Positions 57,530 to 64,000 of a stretch of DNA of 64,000 bases are shown one piece after another (the first letter of the stretch is position 1; every line of letters begins with the position of its first letter). Source of the DNA: Vulcanimicrobiota bacterium (GTDB lineage Bacteria; Vulcanimicrobiota; Vulcanimicrobiia; Vulcanimicrobiales; Vulcanimicrobiaceae); contig CAWHWQ010000007.1 in NCBI GenBank assembly GCA_963833095.1, positions 2,174 through 66,173 of the forward strand, written 5' to 3'. The position numbers and the translations under genes are program-made. The notes beneath the pieces are model-generated. The model did no database searches and had not been told where the DNA came from. It saw only the letters and a program-made list of their open reading frames with translations.

Positions 57530-58084
57530 CTAGACTTCCATGATGTCTTTTTCTTTGGTCGCGACGAGCCCGTCGATCTCTTTGACGAAGCGATCGGTCA
57601 TTTTCTGCAGCTGGTCCTGCATCCGCTTGTTGTCGTCTTCGGTGATCTCGTGCTTCTTGAGCTGTTCCTTGAGATCGTCGTGGGCCTTGTGGCGCACATT
57701 GCGCACGGCGATCTTTCCGTCTTCGGCCTTCTTTTTGACGACCTTGACCAGGTCTTTGCGCCGCTCTTCGTTCAAAGGGGGAACCGTCAAACGAATCGTC
57801 GTTCCGTCGATATTAGGCGTGATTCCAAGATCGCTCTTCTCGATGGCCTTGCGAATATCGCCGACCACATTTTTATCGAAAGCCTGAACGACCAGCGTGC
57901 GCGCGTCGGGCGTGCTGATGCTGGCAACTTGCTTGAGCGGAACCGCCGAGCCGTAGGCCTCGACATGCAAACGGTCGAGCAGCGCCGGGGTCGCGCGCCC
58001 GGTGCGGATCGACGCAAAATCGCCGCGCGTCGCATCGACGCACTTGGTCATCTTCGATTCGGTGTCTTTGAAGAAGTCGGCCAT
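57530..58084 (-). CDS. frr: Ribosome recycling factor
   Basis: 184 aa. 'FASIRTGRATPALLD...V.AYGS.VPL.QVA.IS.PDARTLV.Q.FD' is the standard RRF pattern. Confidence 0.95.
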   Translation of the reverse strand: MADFFKDTESKMTKCVDATRGDFASIRTGRATPALLDRLHVEAYGSAVPLKQVASISTPDARTLVVQAFDKNVVGDIRKAIEKSDLGITPNIDGTTIRLTVPPLNEERRKDLVKVVKKKAEDGKIAVRNVRHKAHDDLKEQLKKHEITEDDNKRMQDQLQKMTDRFVKEIDGLVATKEKDIMEV

Positions 58085-58085
58085 G

Positions 58086-58877
58086 TCAGCGAACGCCTCC
58101 CACGCTCAAGTTTGATTCACGCTCGACGATTGTTCCGATTGGGTCGCCGAAAGCGACGCGGCGAATATTCCCCGGAACGGTCATGTCGAACACGATGATT
58201 GGAAGCTTGTTGTCCATGCACAGCGCCATCGCGGTCGAATCCATCACCTCGAGCCCACGCTGCAACACGTCCATGTAGTCGAGACGGGAAAAGCGGGTGG
58301 CGCTGGGATCTTTTTTTGGATCCGCGCTATAGATTCCATCGACCTTGGTGGCTTTGAGGATCGCGTCGGCGCCGATTTCAACCGCGCGCAGCGCGGCGGT
58401 CGTGTCGGTCGTGAAATACGGATTGCCGGTGCCGGCTGCAAAGATCACAACGCGGCCCTTTTCCAAATGGCGCATCGCGCGCCTTCGGATGTAAGGCTCG
58501 GCGATTTGATGCATCGCGATCGCCGTTTGCACGCGTGAGGGAACGCCCATACGTTCGAGTGCGTCTTGCAGCGCAAGCGCGTTGATCACCGTCGCGAGCA
58601 TGCCCATGTAGTCGGCAGTCGCGCGATCCATGCCCGCCTCTTCGTGCACTTTGCCGCGCCAGATGTTTCCGCCGCCCACCACGACGGCTACGGAAACACC
58701 GGCACGACTCACGTCGGCGATTTGGTCGGCCATGGCGCGCGTCGTATTGACGTCGACACCGGTATCGGTTCCGGCGAAGGCTTCGCCGGAGATTTTGAGG
58801 AGAATGCGGTTGTACTTGGGTCGACTGTCAGCTGAATCCAAGTGAGCTAGTGCCTCAGTCCGCAGGTCACGATGCAT
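58086..58877 (-). CDS. pyrH: UMP kinase
   Basis: '[13 protein letters not shown]', '[10 protein letters not shown]' and '[20 protein letters not shown]' are present. The ORF's ATG (58877) lies inside the inverted-repeat element, so the real start may be a few codons downstream. Confidence 0.92.
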   Translation of the reverse strand: MHRDLRTEALAHLDSADSRPKYNRILLKISGEAFAGTDTGVDVNTTRAMADQIADVSRAGVSVAVVVGGGNIWRGKVHEEAGMDRATADYMGMLATVINALALQDALERMGVPSRVQTAIAMHQIAEPYIRRRAMRHLEKGRVVIFAAGTGNPYFTTDTTAALRAVEIGADAILKATKVDGIYSADPKKDPSATRFSRLDYMDVLQRGLEVMDSTAMALCMDNKLPIIVFDMTVPGNIRRVAFGDPIGTIVERESNLSVGGVR

Positions 58878-59117
58878 TCGCTGGAGCCACTTTCGCTCAA
58901 AATCAAGGAGCGAGAAGGGAGCATAGCCATAGCTCTGTGACCGACGAGCGACGATGAGTTGGAGCGAAAGTGGCCCAGCCCGTGGGGTTGCCTCATCGCA
59001 AGCTCAAGAGCTTCGTTGCTCTTCGCTCGCAAAGCAATGCTTTTGTCGCTCATCGCGCCTCGCTCTTGGGCTGCGATGAGAGCAACGGATGCATCGGCAC
59101 CTGCGGACTGAGGCACT
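58849..59117. repeat. 269-bp element bounded by perfect 19-bp inverted repeats, with nested internal hairpins
   Basis: AGTGCCTCAGTCCGCAGGT (58849-58867) is the exact reverse complement of 59099-59117. Internal pairs include CCACTTTCGCTC/GAGCGAAAGTGG and CTCATCGCAAGCTCAAGAGC/GCTCTTGGGCTGCGATGAG. It fills the tsf-pyrH gap. Confidence 0.75.
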
Positions 59118-59728
59118 TAGTTTTCTCCGAGTGTGAACTTCGTGAAGCGGCGCACCTGGATTTTCTCACCCAGCGAACCGACCGCCGCGTTGATCAGGTC
59201 GCTGACCGAAAGCGCGTCGTCCTTGACGAACGGCTGATCGAGCAGAACGTGTTCCTCGTACCACTTGTTCAGCTTGCCTTCGACGATCTTCTCGGCAACT
59301 TCAGGCGGTTTGCCGGCCGGCACTGCGGCGCGGAACTCTTCCCGCGCTTTGGCCACAACGTCCTCGGGGACGCTCGCGCGATCGAGATATTGCGGTGACA
59401 TCGCCGCGATGTGCATCGCGATATCTCGGGTGAGTTCGGCGAACTTGGGATTGCGCGCGACGAAGTCGGTCTCGCTATTGACCTCTACGAGCACGCCGAT
59501 CTTGCCGCCGGAATGAATGTAGCTGGCAACGAGCCCTTCGTTGGCCGAACGCTCCGACTTCTTCTCGGCTTGCGCAGCGCCGCGCTCGAGCAAGAGCGCC
59601 TTGGCCTTGGCGACGTCGCCGTTCGCTTCGACAAGCGCTTTGCGGCAATCCATCATCGGCGCACTGGTCTCTTCACGCAGCGCTTTGATCTCGTCGGCTT
59701 TGGGTTGGTAGGACATGGAAGTGGACAC
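59117..59728 (-). CDS. tsf: Elongation factor Ts (short form)
   Basis: 203 aa. 'IKALREETSAPMMDCRKALVEANGDVAKA' is the EF-Ts N-terminal UBA-like motif. The gene follows rpsB. Confidence 0.92.
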   Translation of the reverse strand: MSTSMSYQPKADEIKALREETSAPMMDCRKALVEANGDVAKAKALLLERGAAQAEKKSERSANEGLVASYIHSGGKIGVLVEVNSETDFVARNPKFAELTRDIAMHIAAMSPQYLDRASVPEDVVAKAREEFRAAVPAGKPPEVAEKIVEGKLNKWYEEHVLLDQPFVKDDALSVSDLINAAVGSLGEKIQVRRFTKFTLGEN

Positions 59729-59737
59729 CGGTTCTCC

Positions 59738-60532
59738 TTACAGTGCTGCTTCGACTTCGGCCATCGTGGGGGGGGCTTCGTCTTCGAAGCTCTCGTCGGC
59801 GGCGGCGTAGGGTTGCGCGTACGCGTTCTCCGTGTCGTAAGCGCTCTCGCTTTCCGTCTTACCCTCGATGATCGCGTCGGAGATCTTGCTGACCATCAGC
59901 TTAACCGCGCGGATCGCGTCGTCGTTGCCCGGGATCGGGTAGTCGATTTCGTCGGGATCGCAGTTCGTGTCGATGACCGCGATGATCGGAATCTTCAGCT
60001 TACGCGCTTCGAGAACCGCAATGCGCTCTTTCTTCGGGTCGACGATGAAGACTGCGTCGGGAAGGCGGTGCATATCTTTGATACCGCCGAGGAAGCGTTC
60101 GAGCTTCGCCATCTCGTCTTGGAGCTGCGCAACTTCTTTCTTGGGCAGACGATCGAAGTCGCCTTGCATCTTCATGCCCTCGAGCTCGCGCAGGCGCGCG
60201 ATGCGCTTCTGGATGGTCGAGAAGTTGGTGAGCGTGCCGCCCAGCCAGCGCTGGTTGATGAAATACGTGCCCGCACGCTCGGCCTCTTCGCGCACGACGT
60301 CTTGCGCTTGCTTCTTGGTGCCGACGAACAGGATGACTTTTTTCTCACGGGCCATCTGCTTGACGGCCTCGTAGGTCTCGCGCAGTTTCTGCACGGTGAG
60401 CGCGAGATCGATAATGTAAATGCCGTTGCGCTCCTGGAAGATGAATGGCTTCATCTTGGGGTTCCAGCGACGGGTCTGATGCCCGAAGTGGACGCCGGCC
60501 TCGAGGAGTTCGCGCATGGTGACTACAGACAC
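59738..60532 (-). CDS. rpsB: 30S ribosomal protein S2
   Basis: '[22 protein letters not shown]' is present. I prefer GTG 60532 ('[10 protein letters not shown]'), preceded by AAGGAG 7 nt upstream, over the ORF start at 60598. Confidence 0.93.
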   Translation of the reverse strand: MSVVTMRELLEAGVHFGHQTRRWNPKMKPFIFQERNGIYIIDLALTVQKLRETYEAVKQMAREKKVILFVGTKKQAQDVVREEAERAGTYFINQRWLGGTLTNFSTIQKRIARLRELEGMKMQGDFDRLPKKEVAQLQDEMAKLERFLGGIKDMHRLPDAVFIVDPKKERIAVLEARKLKIPIIAVIDTNCDPDEIDYPIPGNDDAIRAVKLMVSKISDAIIEGKTESESAYDTENAYAQPYAAADESFEDEAPPTMAEVEAAL

Positions 60533-60723
60533 AAGGATTCTCCTTCTGGCCTCGGCCCGCGTGCCATCGTGGCGGTGCGATCCGTGTCGAGAGGCCATAT
60601 ATCACCCGCCGTCCGTGGCGGGCGTAGTAAAGTGACCGCCCGTCAAGGGCAGCCGCACGAGTATACCAGAAGGCACCCGTTCGGGTCTACCGGCGTGCGC
60701 CTCGCCGATGCCACGATAGTCGC

Positions 60724-61821
60724 ATGAAACGCATCGCCTTAGCGGCCGCGCTCGGCCTGGCCGCTTCACTAACTGCCTGCTCCGGTACCGGGTCCGGTTC
60801 TTCGGCGTTACCATTGGCGTCGAACCAATCATCCGACCACCGTGATGCGGCCGCTGCCAGTCTTCCGAGCCTGGGCCACTACAACGTCAACCTGAGCGAT
60901 ATCGTGGTCGCGGGGGTCTCGTCGGGCGCCGACATGGCCACCCAACTCCACTACTCGTACTCCGCCAACATCAAGGGCGAGGCGATCTTCGCGGGGGCTC
61001 CCTTCTTCTGCGCGCTCGGCACGTCCGACGCATTTTGGGGGCTCGTCTACGGCCCCGAATACTCGCCGGATTATGCGCTCTATTCGTGCGCCGGCACGCA
61101 GTATTGGTCCGAGGGTGAAGCCCCGCCACTGGCTACGCTCGAGACCGACACCAACAACGCGGCCAAAGACGGCTACCTCGATCCAGTGAGCGACCTAAGC
61201 GGATCGAAAGCGTGGATCTTCTCCGGCGAAGATGACACCGTCGTTTCCCAGTCGGTCGTCAAAGACTCGCAGTCGATGTTGAGTCACTACGGGGTCAGCA
61301 CGACGACAAATTACACCACGGCCGCTGAGCATGGCTGGGTCACGCCCGACGTGACCTCAGCGTGCGGCACGTTGAACTCCAACTATTTGATCAACTGCAG
61401 CTTCGATGCCGAGGACCAGTTCCTCACCGACTTCTTCGGTACGCTCAACGCGCGCAACAACGGCGCGCTCTCCGGATCGCTCATCGAGTTCAATCAGGCA
61501 CCGTACGCCGTTGCCGGGATGGACTCCGTCGGGTACATCTACGTGCCGTCCAACTGCGCAAGCGGCGCGGCCTGCAAACTCGTGGTCGCGCTGCACGGCT
61601 GCGAGCAGGGCGAGCACTACATCGGCACGACCTTCGTGACCAAATCCGGTCTCAACGAGTGGGCCGACACCAACAGCATCATCGTGCTCTACCCACAGGC
61701 CGTGCCCTCGACGGGGAACACCCTCGGCTGCTGGGATTGGTGGGACTACACCGGCACCGCGTACGCTTCCAACCAAGGCCCACAGGTCAACGCCATCTGG
61801 AAGATGATCCAACAAATCTAG
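60724..61821 (+). CDS. Secreted lipoprotein esterase, PHB-depolymerase-like with type-2 catalytic residue order
   Basis: 365 aa with lipobox 'LTAC|SG'. In order it has the lipase box 'AGVSSGA', 'SGEDDTVV' (Asp), 'AAEHGW' (His), then 'LVVALHGC...LYPQA...GCWDWWDY' (oxyanion His region of esterase_phd-type enzymes). Confidence 0.5.
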   Translation: MKRIALAAALGLAASLTACSGTGSGSSALPLASNQSSDHRDAAAASLPSLGHYNVNLSDIVVAGVSSGADMATQLHYSYSANIKGEAIFAGAPFFCALGTSDAFWGLVYGPEYSPDYALYSCAGTQYWSEGEAPPLATLETDTNNAAKDGYLDPVSDLSGSKAWIFSGEDDTVVSQSVVKDSQSMLSHYGVSTTTNYTTAAEHGWVTPDVTSACGTLNSNYLINCSFDAEDQFLTDFFGTLNARNNGALSGSLIEFNQAPYAVAGMDSVGYIYVPSNCASGAACKLVVALHGCEQGEHYIGTTFVTKSGLNEWADTNSIIVLYPQAVPSTGNTLGCWDWWDYTGTAYASNQGPQVNAIWKMIQQI

Positions 61822-61865
61822 GTTCCGCTAAGGGCCCACGGCGGAAATACCGAACGTCAAAAGCG

Positions 61866-62869
61866 ATGCGTTGGCTTGTAACCGGCGGCCTGGGGTTCAT
61901 CGGGTCGAATTTCATCCGGCTCGCTCTTGGGGAGCGCCCTGAGCTCGAGATCGTCAATCTGGATGCCATGACCTACGCGGGCAACCCGGCGAATCTGCGC
62001 GACGTCGAGGGCGATCCGCGCTACCGGTTCGTTCACGGGGACATCTGCGAGCCGCTGGCCGTGCGCGAGGCGATCGGCTCGGGCGTCGACGCGATCGTCA
62101 ATTTCGCCGCGGAAACCCACGTCGATCGTTCGATCCTCGACCCCGAACAGTTCTTGCGCACAGACATCCTCGGCACGCACGTGTTGCTCGAGGCCGTCCG
62201 CGAACGCGGGGTCTCGCGCTACTTGCAAGTCTCGACCGACGAAGTCTACGGCGACGTTTCGGAGGGCGAGTCGCTCGAAAGCGACACCATCAAGCCGCGC
62301 AGCCCCTATTCGGCCAGCAAAGCCGGCGGCGACCTGCAAGTCCTCGCCTACGCCACGACGTTCGGCGCTCCGGTGTTGATCACGCGCGGCAGCAACACGT
62401 ACGGACCCTACCAGTATCCCGAGAAGCTGATCCCGCTCTTCGTCACCAATCTCATCGACGATCAGCCGGTGCCGGTCTACGGCGACGGGCTGCAGGTCCG
62501 CGACTGGCTGCACGTCGAGGATCATGCGCGCGGCATCATGCACGTGCTCGAACACGGAGAGATCGGGAACGTCTATAACATTGGCGGCGGCAATCCGCAC
62601 CCCAACATCGAGATCACGCGCCGGCTCGTCGACGGCTGCGGACGGTCGATGGATACGCACGTGCGCCACGTCGCGGATCGCGCGGCCACGACCGCCGCTA
62701 CGCCATTTCATCGGCGAAGGCGCACGCGCTCGGCTGGAAACCGCGAGTCGCTTTCGAGGACGGCCTGCGCGCGACGGTCGCCTGGTATCAGCACAACGAA
62801 GCGTGGTGGCGCCCGCTCAAGTCCGGCGAATTTCTCGACTACTACAAGCGCCAATACGCACACAGATAA
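61866..62869 (+). pseudogene. rfbB: dTDP-glucose 4,6-dehydratase, single -1 frameshift near 62684
   Basis: From ATG 61866 it reads 'MRWLVTGGLGFIGSNF', 'YSASKAGGD' (YxxxK). After 'VRHVADRA' the sequence continues one nt out of frame as 'GHDRRYAISSAKAHALGWKPRVAFEDGL...YYKRQYAHR*' (GGG read as GG). The length is 3n-1. Confidence 0.88.
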
Positions 62870-62871
62870 AC

Positions 62872-63606
62872 ATGAAGGGCGTCATTCTCGCAGGCGGGCT
62901 CGGCTCGCGGCTTCGGCCCCTCACCAAGGTCACGAACAAACATCTGTTGCCGATCTACGATAAGCCGATGATCTACTATCCGATCGAGACGTTGTGTAAG
63001 GCGGGGATCAAAGACATCATGATCGTCACCGGCGGCAACTCCGCCGGCGATTTTCTCCGGCTGCTCGGAAATGGCAGCGAGTTCGGCCTCAAAGACATTT
63101 ACTATACGTATCAAGAGGGCGAAGGCGGCATCGCAGATGCGCTCAAGCTCTGCGAGCACTTTGCCGAAGGCCAGCGCATCGCCGTCATTCTTGGCGACAA
63201 CATCATCCAGGACGACATCTCGCCGTATGTCCGCAAGTTCGAGGCGCAGGACTCCGGGGCGCGCATCTTGCTAAAGGAAGTTGACGACCCCGAACGCTTC
63301 GGCTGCCCGGAACTCGACGGCGACCGCATCGTTCGCATCGAGGAAAAACCGGCTGAGCCGGCGAGCAACTACGCGGTGACCGGCATCTACATGTACGATC
63401 GACGCGTTTTCGATTTTTGCAAGCGCCTCAAGCCCTCGGCGCGCGGCGAGCTTGAGATCACCGACGTGAACAACGCGTACATCAGGGAAGGCGATCTCTA
63501 CTACGACATCCTCGACGGCTGGTGGACCGATGCCGGCCAATTCGAGACACTCTATCGCGCTGCGCAATTGGTGGCCGAACAACGCGACGTAGCGACGCTG
63601 CGTTAG
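62872..63606 (+). CDS. rfbA: Glucose-1-phosphate thymidylyl/nucleotidyltransferase (short form)
   Basis: 244 aa from ATG 62872. '[37 protein letters not shown]' is the RmlA-type N-terminal motif. Confidence 0.8.
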   Translation: MKGVILAGGLGSRLRPLTKVTNKHLLPIYDKPMIYYPIETLCKAGIKDIMIVTGGNSAGDFLRLLGNGSEFGLKDIYYTYQEGEGGIADALKLCEHFAEGQRIAVILGDNIIQDDISPYVRKFEAQDSGARILLKEVDDPERFGCPELDGDRIVRIEEKPAEPASNYAVTGIYMYDRRVFDFCKRLKPSARGELEITDVNNAYIREGDLYYDILDGWWTDAGQFETLYRAAQLVAEQRDVATLR

Positions 63607-64000
63607 CCCTGGCCGGAACGATAGAGGCGCTTCTCGGCAGGAACGTAGTACTCGTCGAGGCTCGTAACCACCCGTGTGTACCATCCCAGGATCTGCTGCG
63701 TGCGTGGCGGCAACGCCTCGACGACGTCGTCGCCGAGGGCGCGCACGTAGTCGATTTGCTGCTTGAAGTACGCGAGCGTGAACTGGTGATTGATGGCGAC
63801 GCGGTCGCGGCCCGAGGTATTCCGGCCCGCAGCATGATAGAGCATCGCATCGAAGACGAGCGCCGAACCTGCGGGGCAAATTCCCGGGACCGCGGTCGCC
63901 GCGAGAAATTCGTCCGACGGCCGGCCGCCGTAGAGATGTGACCCCGGGGCGACAAGCGTCGCGCCGTTTTCCTCGGTGAACTCGTCGATTGCGAAGAGCA
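63603..64000 (-). CDS. Phytanoyl-CoA dioxygenase (PhyH)-family Fe(II)/2OG oxygenase; 5' end outside the window
   Basis: The minus frame is open to the window edge. '...[16 protein letters not shown]...[24 protein letters not shown]' matches the PhyH C-terminal His/Arg region. Confidence 0.5.
   Translation of the reverse strand, partial: LFAIDEFTEENGATLVAPGSHLYGGRPSDEFLAATAVPGICPAGSALVFDAMLYHAAGRNTSGRDRVAINHQFTLAYFKQQIDYVRALGDDVVEALPPRTQQILGWYTRVVTSLDEYYVPAEKRLYRSGQG

Noticed and set aside
60599-60723. A candidate rpsB promoter (TAGACC-18 nt-TATACT with an upstream TG, minus strand about 60660-60689) and a leader hairpin.
   Set aside because: It is only a weak consensus match found by eye, with a suboptimal 18-nt spacer and no supporting data. 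It is not strong enough to list as a feature.
59411-60727. A 438-aa plus-strand ORF across tsf and rpsB.
   Set aside because: It is antisense to two unmistakable ribosomal or translation genes, and its translation has no recognisable features.
61362-61865. The N-terminal 168 codons of the 533-aa ORF that contains rfbB.
   Set aside because: This part overlaps the 3' end of the esterase gene in another frame and is Arg-rich. The RfbB sequence begins cleanly at ATG 61866 with the GxxGxxG motif.

Overview
GC-rich (about 60-65% by eye, not computed), very gene-dense bacterial chromosomal segment. I found about 60 protein genes and no rRNA, tRNA, CRISPR array, transposase or integrase. All calls rest on my own reading of the ORF translations and DNA, with no database search.

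Housekeeping content:
- pyrG, prmC, prfA and rpmE at 2.8-7.7 kb.
- leuD, leuC and metY at 17.5-20.6 kb.
- cinA, nadE, an lpd-like gene and glpX at 27.8-34.5 kb.
- proS at 42.7-44.1 kb.
- A conserved minus-strand block rpsB-tsf-pyrH-frr-uppS-cdsA-dxr-rseP-ispG at 52.4-60.5 kb.
- rfbB and rfbA at 61.9-63.6 kb.

Accessory content:
- Two diverged copies of a 'large T/S-rich lipoprotein + sedolisin (S53) lipoprotein' module (8.4-17.4 kb), plus an S8 subtilase.
- A tightly coupled operon of CoA-binding protein, LuxE-like acyl-protein synthetase, LuxC-like reductase, class-III aminotransferase and Gfo/Idh/MocA oxidoreductase (20.6-25.7 kb). This is my best candidate for an uncharacterised pathway.
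- Two Phd/YefM-PIN toxin-antitoxin loci.
- A membrane glycosyltransferase cluster (PIG-V-like, GtrA, GT39-like) bracketed by hairpin repeat elements.
- Tandem paralogous polytopic membrane proteins followed by a DUF3343-like gene (50.3-51.9 kb).
- A type-2-order PHB-depolymerase-like esterase.

Three families of structured intergenic repeats are present: a 25-bp tandem array fused to a 171-bp hairpin, related hairpin elements flanking the GT39 gene, and a 269-bp element with perfect 19-bp inverted ends between pyrH and tsf.

At least 12 genes are interrupted by frameshifts, including essential ones. The frameshifts are clustered: nadE and the lpd-like gene are shredded, and metY and the 5' end of one lipoprotein gene each carry three. 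This indicates either indel-type assembly error or real gene decay, and the sequence alone cannot decide which.
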